Shown: piece after piece, positions 50,210 through 59,409 of the stretch | Numbering within the stretch: position 1 is the stretch's first letter | Layout of the letters: every line of letters starts with the position of its first letter | NCBI GenBank assembly: GCA_964500125.1 | Contig: CAZCMV010000002.1 | Coordinates: 4,173-68,172 of the forward strand | Direction: 5' to 3' | Length of the DNA stretch: 64,000 nt | Origin: an uncultured Bdellovibrionales bacterium | GTDB taxonomy: Bacteria; Patescibacteriota; Minisyncoccia; Moranbacterales; GWC2-37-73 | Notes under the pieces: model-generated | Told to the model about the DNA's origin: nothing | Databases searched by the model: none | What the model saw: only the letters and a program-made list of their open reading frames with translations | Made by a program: the position numbers and the translations under genes

Positions 50210-52990
50210 TCAAACAGTTTTATTTTTACCCAATCCCGGTGTGACATAGAAAATAGCTCCCATAACAACAATCATCAAGACAGCAGTTAATGCAAGTCTC
50301 AACAAAAACATCATCTCTCCTGGAAGATTGCTTACCAGACTTGCCATTAATCCTCCTTTTGCCTTGGCTAATTCATCATAACTTTGAACAACTTCCACCT
50401 CCGCCGAGGAGTCCAAATACCTTTCCGTTGCATCTTGTGCGGAAACTCCCCAAATATTATAAAGGGCTTTTCTCACATTCAAAACCTGCTCTTCATCTGT
50501 CGCCATAGCATAAACAGCTTCTATTGAAACATCGTAAGTAGAGCCCTCCCCATTTTCTGCAAGAAACTCAAGGTTTTCACTGTTTGCATATTGATCACCA
50601 TCAACTTCCCAAAAATAAGTCGCATAGCTGCTTATCCATGATGGCGTGAAAGCAGCCTTCATAAACACGCTGTTTCCTTGAATCGTTTCAAAAAGAATAC
50701 TACTATTATCAGCGGTTTCATTTCCCTCCATATCTTTGTATATTCCCAGTTGTTTGGGCCACACTAAATCCTTATTCGCAGATTCTATATTCACAGATGG
50801 TTGCACTATCTTAAATTTTCTATTCACTGTTTGAGCCATTTTTGTTTTCGTGTCTTTGAATGTAACTTCGGCTTCAAATATTTCTCCGTCTGTTCCAACT
50901 GCTGGAAAAAATATAATGTTACTACCCGTTTCTTTGCATTCAGAAGAATGTTCACTATTGCAAAAAACATTTTCTTTGTTTATTTTCCAAGAAAAATTCA
51001 CTAATTGACCATCCTTATTAGGAATAGCTAAACCTATTATGGAATTTTCTATTATAGGACATTCTGCAAGTTCCTCTCCCTCTGTACAAATCTCACTATC
51101 CTTTTTTAAACTAATCTTACCATCATCATCCGCTTTTACCAGATAAGCATCTATATCAGTGCTAGATTTAGTTAATTGTACAATAGCTGATCCCCTACCT
51201 ATCCTATTTTGTTCCGAAGAATTTTCAGATACCTTGGCTTTTATTCTTATATATTGTACCAGTCTATTGGAACCATAAAAAATGTCATCTGGAAATTCAG
51301 CCTTAAATTCAAACTCATTAATACCAAAACCTTTCATTGTTGAATGTTTTTCTAATTTATTTGTGACATCAATCCATTTATCATCCAAGGGCGCTTTTGT
51401 TCCATCATTACTTGCCTCAACGGTCCACTCATAATAAAGAGAAGAAACATCATCTGTTCCACTGACGGTCGTTTGTGCTTTTATATTATCACCCGTGCCG
51501 GTGCGCGTAGAATCATTATTTGCTCTACTTGGATTAGCTAAAACATTTACTTCTAAATTTCCAACACCACCTCCGGTCGGATCCAAAAGATTTTCTTCAA
51601 GACAATCATTTAAATCAAAATCAACCGTGAGGAATCCTGTGTCAATTTGAGGAACTTTTTGATATTCAACATAAAAAGCTCTCTTCTTTTTTATTTCATC
51701 ACTAAATTTCTTACAAACATTATTTGAGAAAGCCCAAGTTCTCATATAGGCATTGTCATCATGCTTGGTAGCAACAGCACTAATACCCTCAACAGCAAGC
51801 CCTACCTGATCCCCAGACCTATAAGTCCAAGAAAATGACTTCGCTCCCAAACCAAGCACATTAGCCTCGTCCGGAATACCGTTTTCGGCAGTAGACTTAT
51901 TATTTGGATCAGTTCCCCAAAATTTCTCCTCAGCCATTTCAAAATCCCCGTCTCCAGTTTTTATATTTGAACCACGAAGATCCTTAGGAGCAACTTGGGT
52001 TGGAAACAAATGCTTACAAAGATTATTAGATTTCTTGAAAGTACAGGTTGGCGATCCTGTTGATATAACAGAACACATCCCTCCAGCACTCAGATCCTCT
52101 TTTAAAATATTGCATATAAACTCCTTATTTGCAGAATCGTTGACAATATATTCAAAAATAGTCCTATTTGATTGTCCGCAAACCGGATTTTTTTGTTGTG
52201 TCGAAGCTAAACCACTGATTTGAGGACACTTAACTCTAGCTTGAAAATTTTCAACATCCTCATCACTTTCCACTTTGCACTCATAATCGTCAGTCTCTGC
52301 ACATATATTGCGAGTACCGGATTCACAAGTTATCAACTCATTTTTACCACAAGCCACAGATCCTCCTGATTCACAAGAATAAACAGGGATCGTTTTTCTT
52401 AACTCATAAAATCTTCCTTTTTCAAAATCTTGAATATAACAATCCTCTATATCCACATCATTTTGAGATTTATATGGCATTTCCCAATCACCAGGATCAG
52501 GACTAACCTCATACCCATCACTATTGGAATCACTAGAGCTATTATAATCAGTATCATTCTCCTTATCAAAGTCTCCTTTAGCAATTATTTTAGCAGCCTC
52601 TATCTTCCAATCATTAACTGTAATCTTGCCATCATTATCCCTATCACATGAACCACCTGAAGATCCTAATTCACAGCCCTCTCTTTTTAAATACCAAGTA
52701 TAATAAAGTTCATCAGAATCTTCTTTAAATCCCTGTGGTAAGGCTTGTGCCACTATCTTATCTCCGGTTCTGGCTGTTAGATTATCAAATGTCACCTTAA
52801 CTTCCACGCCTTGTTTTTTCATAGAAGCTGAGTATGCCTCTTTTAAATCAGAGGGGCGTAATAATTGTATCCTTCCCCCAACTACTGGATCAGCTGCCAA
52901 AGAAAAAAGTGGAGATAAAATTAAAACAATAACTTGAAAAGTTAAATAAAAAATAAATATTATTTTTTTTGTTTTAAAAAAAGAATTCAT
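50210..52990 (-). CDS. Large Cys-rich surface protein with signal peptide and C-terminal TM anchor
   Basis: 926 aa; DRDNDGKITVND EF-hand-like loop; GTDPNN..ENGIPDE TSP3-like motif; several YxW Ig/PKD-like strands; C-terminal hydrophobic helix with basic tail. Confidence 0.8.
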   Translation of the reverse strand: MNSFFKTKKIIFIFYLTFQVIVLILSPLFSLAADPVVGGRIQLLRPSDLKEAYSASMKKQGVEVKVTFDNLTARTGDKIVAQALPQGFKEDSDELYYTWYLKREGCELGSSGGSCDRDNDGKITVNDWKIEAAKIIAKGDFDKENDTDYNSSSDSNSDGYEVSPDPGDWEMPYKSQNDVDIEDCYIQDFEKGRFYELRKTIPVYSCESGGSVACGKNELITCESGTRNICAETDDYECKVESDEDVENFQARVKCPQISGLASTQQKNPVCGQSNRTIFEYIVNDSANKEFICNILKEDLSAGGMCSVISTGSPTCTFKKSNNLCKHLFPTQVAPKDLRGSNIKTGDGDFEMAEEKFWGTDPNNKSTAENGIPDEANVLGLGAKSFSWTYRSGDQVGLAVEGISAVATKHDDNAYMRTWAFSNNVCKKFSDEIKKKRAFYVEYQKVPQIDTGFLTVDFDLNDCLEENLLDPTGGGVGNLEVNVLANPSRANNDSTRTGTGDNIKAQTTVSGTDDVSSLYYEWTVEASNDGTKAPLDDKWIDVTNKLEKHSTMKGFGINEFEFKAEFPDDIFYGSNRLVQYIRIKAKVSENSSEQNRIGRGSAIVQLTKSSTDIDAYLVKADDDGKISLKKDSEICTEGEELAECPIIENSIIGLAIPNKDGQLVNFSWKINKENVFCNSEHSSECKETGSNIIFFPAVGTDGEIFEAEVTFKDTKTKMAQTVNRKFKIVQPSVNIESANKDLVWPKQLGIYKDMEGNETADNSSILFETIQGNSVFMKAAFTPSWISSYATYFWEVDGDQYANSENLEFLAENGEGSTYDVSIEAVYAMATDEEQVLNVRKALYNIWGVSAQDATERYLDSSAEVEVVQSYDELAKAKGGLMASLVSNLPGEMMFLLRLALTAVLMIVVMGAIFYVTPGLGKNKTV

Positions 52991-53015
52991 ATAATTTAAT
53001 TAAAAAATATTATCC

Positions 53016-53639
53016 TCACTTAATCGCTATAACACTTGCATCAACTATGATCAAAAAAATAATATGCGCAATAGTAGAATAAACCAAAGACTTGCTCTTA
53101 AATACAATAATTCCTGAAAATAAGGAAAATATTAAATAAGGTACAAAATACCAATCAAGAGAATTTGTAAGTACAAGAAGTAGAAAAAAAACAATTGTTT
53201 GCGCTAATATTGCAAAATAACCTATTTGTTTTTTCAAGGAAAGCATCAGAAATCCCCTGAAAAAAAATTCATAAAATACTACAAAAGGAAGTACTAGTGA
53301 AAATTCATAAAATAAAAATTTAAAAAAGTTTGCCTGAATTTCTCCTTCCAAAATATACTGCAATGAAAATTCTGTATAATAAAAAACCACATAAAAAAAC
53401 AACAGTGCTATAAGCAAGGAAATGAAACCGTATAAAAAACCTTTTCTCCATTCACCTAAACAAATACCTATCTCTCTAAGAGGTTTTTTTGTAACAATTA
53501 AATTGAAAAAAAATGGGACCAATAAGAAGAAAGATATGGTTACTGCAATATTTTGAAAATTATTTTTTGTGGGAAAAATCGAATAAATAACGACAATAAA
53601 TATTGCAAATAAACTGTTGAAAATAACTTCTTTTTTCAT
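53016..53639 (-). CDS. CPBP (CAAX/Abi) family intramembrane protease-like protein
   Basis: YEFFFRGFL and KSKSLVYSTIAHII motifs (partly degenerate); multi-TM. Confidence 0.8.
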   Translation of the reverse strand: MKKEVIFNSLFAIFIVVIYSIFPTKNNFQNIAVTISFFLLVPFFFNLIVTKKPLREIGICLGEWRKGFLYGFISLLIALLFFYVVFYYTEFSLQYILEGEIQANFFKFLFYEFSLVLPFVVFYEFFFRGFLMLSLKKQIGYFAILAQTIVFFLLLVLTNSLDWYFVPYLIFSLFSGIIVFKSKSLVYSTIAHIIFLIIVDASVIAIK

Positions 53640-53679
53640 ATTTTGTTTTATAAATATTGCAAATAGATTATAACACATG

Positions 53680-54082
53680 AATGATTTAAAAACAAAACAT
53701 ATTATTTCAATATCTGGTCAATCTTTTTTAATAAGTTTTTTTTGATCTCTTCTAATTATATATTCTATATATAATATAATTAAAAATATTATTACTATTA
53801 TTAGGAGATTGGATAAGTGGATAAATATAAATAAAGGCTTCTTTAATAATAAATTATTCTAAAATATTATTGAATAAAGATCTTTTTTGTAGTGTTTAGA
53901 CTTGTTCATAACTTTTTTATGACAAAAATAAAAATTTTTAACCAAACTAATATACAAGATCTCAAAAGGTTATCAACAAATAAAAAGAGTTTATTTATAG
54001 ATTATCCACAATTTATACACAAGCAATTTTTATTTTTTGCTTAAGGAGAAGCATAAAAGGATAAATCCACAAGTTATCCACA
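53680..54082. other. Probable replication origin (oriC)
   Basis: Very AT-rich gap; trio array 53787-53804 next to overlapping boxes ATTGGATAA/AGTGGATAA 53808-53824; further boxes at 53970, 54002, 54013, 54074; apparent GC-skew reversal. Confidence 0.72.
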
Positions 54083-54440
54083 CATCTGCGAGATTAAAAA
54101 GAGGAAAATGAAAAACAGGAATTTTGATATAATCAATAACGCAACCTAAAAAAAATCTATCTAATAAATTAGCTATTCCACCCGAAATGATTAATAGCAA
54201 GGGTATCTTATATATTTCTTTGTTGCAAAAATAAAAATAAACAAAAATTAAAAACAAGGCTATTATTGGCCAAAAAATAGATAAATTAGGATATAATCCC
54301 CAAGAAATACCCGCATTGCAAACAAAAAATCCGCCAAAAGAGCGGATTAGTTGTTTAACGGCAAAATCAAAAAAAACCAAAATAAACAAAAATAAAGCTA
54401 AAAAGATTTTTTTGTTGGTAAATTCTGTTATGGCTAGCAT
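54030..54440 (-). CDS. lspA: Lipoprotein signal peptidase II
   Basis: NAGISWG, GGIANLLDR, VIDYI, FNLAD. Confidence 0.9.
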   Translation of the reverse strand: MLAITEFTNKKIFLALFLFILVFFDFAVKQLIRSFGGFFVCNAGISWGLYPNLSIFWPIIALFLIFVYFYFCNKEIYKIPLLLIISGGIANLLDRFFLGCVIDYIKIPVFHFPLFNLADVWITCGFILLCFSLSKK

Positions 54441-54784
54441 TCTATACATGTTTTGGCAGCTGGATAGGCGCGTAATCTTTCTTCACTTATGTCTTTTTTA
54501 CAATTTTCGCATTTTCCATAGGTGCCGAGCTTAATCCTCTCCAATGATTCTTCAATTTCTCTGAGTTGTTTTTCTAGAGTATTTTCAAGAGCAAGATTGT
54601 CAGTATATTCTTCAACTTCGGAGGCATTTTCGTCTTCGTCGGGGCCTATTTCATTAAATCTGGTCTGATAATCTCCCTTGGTATCTGTGGGATCCCCTAT
54701 GCGGGAAAGTTCATTTTCCAGCTGGCTTTTTTGTGCTAACAATTGTTGTTTCAGTTCCTCAATAATTTTTTGATTAATAGACAT
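54434..54784 (-). CDS. DksA/TraR C4 zinc-finger protein
   Basis: Coiled coil; GTYGKCENC...RLRAYPAAKTCIEC. Confidence 0.92.
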   Translation of the reverse strand: MSINQKIIEELKQQLLAQKSQLENELSRIGDPTDTKGDYQTRFNEIGPDEDENASEVEEYTDNLALENTLEKQLREIEESLERIKLGTYGKCENCKKDISEERLRAYPAAKTCIEC

Positions 54785-54856
54785 ATGAGTTATTTTATAT
54801 GGGTTAGTTTTTTAATTGGCATTGCTTTTTTAGTATAGCAAGTATTACAACTTTGT

Positions 54857-55264
54857 CTAGAAAAAAATGTCGCAAATATGGCAAATCTTAGCTATTTCGC
54901 GAGAATCTTTGTCAACATAAACAGAAATTGCGTCAAAACGGAACGGGCTATCCCATAAGTTTTTATATTTTAAGTAAGCCTGGGCAATTTTGTTGAGCTT
55001 ATGAAGTTTGTCTCGCGTAATATTTGCTTCAGCCGGAAAAGCATTGGTATTTTTTGATATAGTGCGCGTTTTTACTTCTGCAAAGACGAGAGTTTTTTTG
55101 TCAGTGGCGATAATGTCGATCTCTCCCAATTGTCTGCCTCGGCTATTGTGGTAATTTGTCTCAATTATCTTATAGCCTTTCTTTTGTAAAAATAAAGCCG
55201 CCGCTTCTTCTCCAAAAGAACCTGTTTTATGACGCTTGTCATTGCTTTTTCTGAAAATACTCAT
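54857..55264 (-). CDS. yraN: YraN (UPF0102) PD-(D/E)XK nuclease-family protein
   Basis: GSFGEEAAALFLQKKGYKIIETN, GEIDII, FAEVKTR, RFDAI. Confidence 0.93.
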   Translation of the reverse strand: MSIFRKSNDKRHKTGSFGEEAAALFLQKKGYKIIETNYHNSRGRQLGEIDIIATDKKTLVFAEVKTRTISKNTNAFPAEANITRDKLHKLNKIAQAYLKYKNLWDSPFRFDAISVYVDKDSREIAKICHICDIFF

Positions 55265-55283
55265 AAATCAGCTATTTAGATAC

Positions 55284-55790
55284 AAAAAAACACCCTATCC
55301 GGGCACTTCTCTTATTAAAATCATTTCCGTGGTATGGTTACCCGGCGCTGCAAGCGCCCAAAATATGTAATATGTGGCGGCAGCGCCGGATGTTTGTCAT
55401 GTACCAACATGTTAATCTGAAACTTTTAGCCCGGGTGAAGTGGCATCGAGTTTACCCATAACATGTATTTTGTGTACATGTTTATTTTTTTGACTGCTTG
55501 TCCCTGAGTTTTATTTTTCACAAGAGTCTTTCTTCTACCGTTCTCTGGTCTTTTGACCTTTGTTTTTAGAAAGAACTTTTCTTTTTCTTTTTTATTTTTG
55601 TTTTTTGAAAAAGATTTTTTTATTTTTGTTTTTAGGGTCCTCCGCTCAGGATTTTTGAAATACGAAGGCGGTTTTGAAATGTTATTCAAAACACTTGAAT
55701 AGTAGAAGAGTTCCAACCACAAATAGGGGGAAATTGTGATTGGAATTCTTCCACCATCTCGCAACGGTATATGTTTTTAAGAAACTTATG
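55284..55790 (-). ncRNA. Candidate ~500-nt structured non-coding RNA or long leader
   Basis: Own promoter; many stems, with G-U pairs favouring the minus strand; ends in hairpin plus U7; no family recognised. Confidence 0.55.
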
Positions 55791-55795
55791 TATCC

Positions 55796-55824
55796 ATTAT
55801 AGCAGAAAAAATGTGGGGAGTCAA
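55796..55824 (-). promoter_or_regulatory. Near-consensus sigma70 promoter
   Basis: TTGACT-17 bp-TATAAT with TGc extended -10; tandem DnaA boxes TTTTCCACA/TTATCCACA at 55952-55971. Confidence 0.8.
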
Positions 55825-56000
55825 TTTTATGAAACTAAAAATTTATATTTTGGCTTCAATAATGTGTATTTATGAATATCTTCAGTATGGATATCGAAAG
55901 CGTGTATTTTTATAGTTAGAAAAAATAAATTACTTTCTGTTTTGCCCATAGTTTTCCACAAGTTATCCACATACGAGTTGCAATCTATCAAAAAATTGCT

Positions 56001-57176
56001 TTAATTCGCCTCAATAGTGGAAGAATTTTCTGTGGATTGATTCGAGCTTATTTTATCTATAATAGCTCGCATGGTTTCCTTACTTGTGGCGAGTATTATA
56101 TTTTTTTTGTTCGAGGTATAATCAAGGGAAATGTTTTTTTCTTTAGATATGTTAATATAGCGAATCTCATGGTTTTTATAATGACTACTTTTAAAATTGT
56201 CTTCGCTTTTGATTTCAACAGCTTCTCCCGATAAGTATAGAGGTACCAAATTACTCAATAAAGAACTTTCTTGAGAATGAAGCTGATCTAAAGCTAAAGG
56301 TTCATTTTTTGGTGTTAGTGATAGTCCAAGACGCATATCACCATTATCATTAAAAACAAAAAAGGAAAAATCTTCTTCAAAATTGGCTTTTATTTCATTG
56401 GAAAAAGTTATATTTGCAGCTATGGCAAAAATAGGAAAGGATATGGGATTATTGTTTGAGTCTGTTATGATGAACTCTAATAGTGTCGTGTTAGTGGTTT
56501 TTTCGATGTCCAAAAGCAAATCTTTCAGAGCAGTTCTTATTTGCTCAGGATTTGAGTTGGACATATCTATTTTGAAATAGTTCGGTTGTTGTATTGAATA
56601 TTTTTCTAAAACGGGAGTTATTGCTACAATTTCCTTTTCATCTGGTTCATCAGTTGGCTCGTTTTTTTCTAGCGATATGTTTTCTTCCGAATTATTTTTC
56701 TTTGCAAAGTAATAAAAAATAGGTGCTGCGATAATGGCTATAATTAAAATTGAAATGGTGATTAATGTTGCAGTGCCAATTTTTTTATTTTTTTTATGTT
56801 TTTGATTGTCGTCCGATATGTTTGAAGAAGCATTGTTTTCAGGGGGAATATTTGTGAATGTGATTGGTTCTCTAGGTGGTTCAAGTTGCATTTGATGAGC
56901 CTTTTCTTTAGATTCTTGCGAGGGGTATAGTTCTTGAATGGGTGCTTCTGATAAAAAAGGACTTGGATTTGAAGTTTTTTCCAACGGTTTAATCCCTGTA
57001 TTTTTTGCGGAAAGATTTTCTGCAGACTCTCCTGATTTATTATTTATTGCGAGACCTTCTTCATTTGAAGGCGGATTGTTGCCGGAAAAGGAAATTCCAA
57101 CAAGATCTTGTTGCATGGTTCTTATGTAAGGTTTGTTTGTTGTGGAAGCTTGTATGTTTTTTTTATTGCCGAACAT
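56001..57176 (-). CDS. Bitopic hypothetical protein
   Basis: IRTMQQDL N-terminal motif, disordered cytoplasmic region, one TM helix, extracellular domain similar to 45949-46692. Confidence 0.75.
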   Translation of the reverse strand: MFGNKKNIQASTTNKPYIRTMQQDLVGISFSGNNPPSNEEGLAINNKSGESAENLSAKNTGIKPLEKTSNPSPFLSEAPIQELYPSQESKEKAHQMQLEPPREPITFTNIPPENNASSNISDDNQKHKKNKKIGTATLITISILIIAIIAAPIFYYFAKKNNSEENISLEKNEPTDEPDEKEIVAITPVLEKYSIQQPNYFKIDMSNSNPEQIRTALKDLLLDIEKTTNTTLLEFIITDSNNNPISFPIFAIAANITFSNEIKANFEEDFSFFVFNDNGDMRLGLSLTPKNEPLALDQLHSQESSLLSNLVPLYLSGEAVEIKSEDNFKSSHYKNHEIRYINISKEKNISLDYTSNKKNIILATSKETMRAIIDKISSNQSTENSSTIEAN

Positions 57177-57202
57177 ATTTTTGTTTTTAATATAAAAAAT
57201 AA

Positions 57203-57225
57203 GGACTACAGTCAGGCTGTAGTCC
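57203..57225 (-). terminator. Terminator after pnp
   Basis: GGACTACAGT-CAG-GCTGTAGTCC followed by a U-rich tail on the minus strand. Confidence 0.75.
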
Positions 57226-57258
57226 CATTATACAACTTATCCTTTTTTTCGCCAACAA

Positions 57259-59370
57259 CTATTTCATGATTTTAGCCACAGCCTTGACGGAAAGATTGAT
57301 GCGCCCTTGATCGTCGATATTTTTCACTTTTACCGGCACAATATCGCCTACCTTAACAATGTCCTCGACTTTTTCTACGCGATGATCAGCAAGCTCGGAA
57401 ATGTGAATCAAGCCTTCTTGACCGGGTAAAATTTCAGCAAATGCTCCAAAGTTCATGATTCTGGTAACTTTCGCATTAAATGTTTCGCCTGGCTTTACTT
57501 CGTGGGTCAAGTTATCAATCCATTGTTGCGCCTTGAGTGCGGAAGCTTCATCAGCAGAAGTGATGAAGACGGATCCATCATCTTCAATATCGATCTGCAC
57601 GCCTGTTTCATCAATAATTTCATTAATAATCTTACCTCCAGTGCCTATCACGTTGCGGATCTTAGCAGGATTAATGTGCATCGTGATAATACGGGGTGCA
57701 TATTGCGACATGTTCTCACGTGGCGCGGCAATAGTGTCCAGCATAATAGCGAGAATTCCTGCGCGGTTGATTTTCGATTGTTTTAAGACAGCTTCAAGCA
57801 TTTCAACTGTAATGCCATCAACCTTAACGTCCATTTGAAGTGCGGTAATCCCTTTTTCTGTTCCCGCGGCTTTGAAATCCATGTCGCCGTAGTGATCTTC
57901 TAGTCCTTGTATATCCGTAAGCACTTTAAATTCGTTGTCTTTGCCCACGATAATTCCCATGGCGATGCCACTGACCGGACGCTTGATAGGTACGCCGGCA
58001 TCCATAAGTGACAATGTGGATCCACAAGTCGAAGCCATGGATGATGAGCCGTTGGATTCCAAGATTTCACTGACAAGCAAAGTGGTATAGGGGAAGTCAT
58101 CCTTAGAAGGAAGCACCGGAACCAAAGCTCTTTCAGCAAGTGCGCCATGTCCAACTTCTCTTCTGCCTGGTCCGCGCATTGGGCGAACTTCACCTACGGA
58201 AAAAGGTGGGAAGTTGTAATGGTGAATATATCTCTTTTTGGTATCAACCTCCATAGTATCAATTACCTGTTCGTCCCCAGGTGAGCCTAGGGTTGTGATT
58301 GTCAATGCCTGTGTTTCACCACGAGTGAAAAGCGCGCTGCCATGAGTTCTTGGCAAAAGCCCAATGCGGCAATCAATGTGGCGTACTTCATCAAGTTTGC
58401 GTCCATCTGGGCGCTGTCCTTTTTTCAGAATATTTTCGTGCACGATTTCATCGGAAGCTTCTTCAAAAACTTGTTCGGCGATTTCCTTGAGTCTGTTTGT
58501 ATCTTCAGCAGCATATTTTTCATCAATATAGACATTGATCTTTTCCTTTACCTCCTTAATTGCAGACTCAATCACTTTCTTGTTTTTATTATAGAGAATT
58601 TCGCTCAAATTTTCCTTGAGAAAAAGTTCTTTAATTTCTGCTTCGAACTCCGGTGTGCCGGCAAGAAGTACGGGCTCAGCTTTCGGCTTACCTACTTCTT
58701 TGCTAATGTCTTCAATAAAGGTCGCAATTTTTTTGATAGCTTCATGTCCGAAAGCGAAAGCTCGGACAACATCTTCTTCAGACACTTCTTTCATGCCTGC
58801 TTCAACCATGTTGATTTTTTCTTTGCTTCCGGAAATAATCAGGTCGATGTCTCCTTCTGCCAGTTCTCCATTTACAGGATTGAGAATTAGTTCGCCGTTA
58901 AGACGACCGACGCGGACAGCCCCAATTGGGCCGTTCCAGGGAATATCAGAAAGAGAAAGAGCTGCTGAGGCGGCAATCATGGATATTACATCCGGATCAT
59001 TTTCGCCATCGATGGAAAGTACGGTGACCACAACCTGTACTTCGTTACGCATGCGACCATTAAAAAGTGGACGGATGGTGCGGTCAACAACGCGGCCAGT
59101 AAGGATGGCGTCATCGGAAGGACGTCCTTCACGTTTAATAAAGCGAGAACCCTTAATTTTACCTGCTGCATAGTAGCGTTCTTCGTAGTCGACCATAAGC
59201 GGGAAATACCCGTTGATTTTGGAAGCCCCTTTACTCATCACGGCAGTTGCCAAAACAACCGTATCGCCATAACGCACAGTTACCGCACCGCTGGCTTGCT
59301 TAGCCATGAGGCCGGTTTCGATTTCAAGAACACGCCCACCAATTTGGAGGGACCACTTCTTTTGTTCCAT
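57259..59370 (-). CDS. pnp: Polyribonucleotide nucleotidyltransferase
   Basis: RTHGSALFTRGETQ, SNGSSSMAS, GDMDFK, KH and S1 domains; start taken at MEQKKW. Confidence 0.99.
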   Translation of the reverse strand: MEQKKWSLQIGGRVLEIETGLMAKQASGAVTVRYGDTVVLATAVMSKGASKINGYFPLMVDYEERYYAAGKIKGSRFIKREGRPSDDAILTGRVVDRTIRPLFNGRMRNEVQVVVTVLSIDGENDPDVISMIAASAALSLSDIPWNGPIGAVRVGRLNGELILNPVNGELAEGDIDLIISGSKEKINMVEAGMKEVSEEDVVRAFAFGHEAIKKIATFIEDISKEVGKPKAEPVLLAGTPEFEAEIKELFLKENLSEILYNKNKKVIESAIKEVKEKINVYIDEKYAAEDTNRLKEIAEQVFEEASDEIVHENILKKGQRPDGRKLDEVRHIDCRIGLLPRTHGSALFTRGETQALTITTLGSPGDEQVIDTMEVDTKKRYIHHYNFPPFSVGEVRPMRGPGRREVGHGALAERALVPVLPSKDDFPYTTLLVSEILESNGSSSMASTCGSTLSLMDAGVPIKRPVSGIAMGIIVGKDNEFKVLTDIQGLEDHYGDMDFKAAGTEKGITALQMDVKVDGITVEMLEAVLKQSKINRAGILAIMLDTIAAPRENMSQYAPRIITMHINPAKIRNVIGTGGKIINEIIDETGVQIDIEDDGSVFITSADEASALKAQQWIDNLTHEVKPGETFNAKVTRIMNFGAFAEILPGQEGLIHISELADHRVEKVEDIVKVGDIVPVKVKNIDDQGRINLSVKAVAKIMK

Positions 59371-59409
59371 AAAGAAACGTATTAGCCTTGAGCTAATGAC
59401 GTTATAAAC

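Noticed and set aside
55426-55764. 112-aa Lys-rich ORF
   Set aside because: TTG start, low complexity explained by the A-rich tracts, and it overlaps strong RNA stems; not formally excluded.
55284-55790. RNase P RNA, tmRNA, SRP RNA or T-box identity for the structured region
   Set aside because: No GGAAAGTCC/AACCCGGCTTA pair, no tRNA-like ends, no complete SRP domain IV and no GGTGGnACC T-box motif; only short chance-level resemblances.
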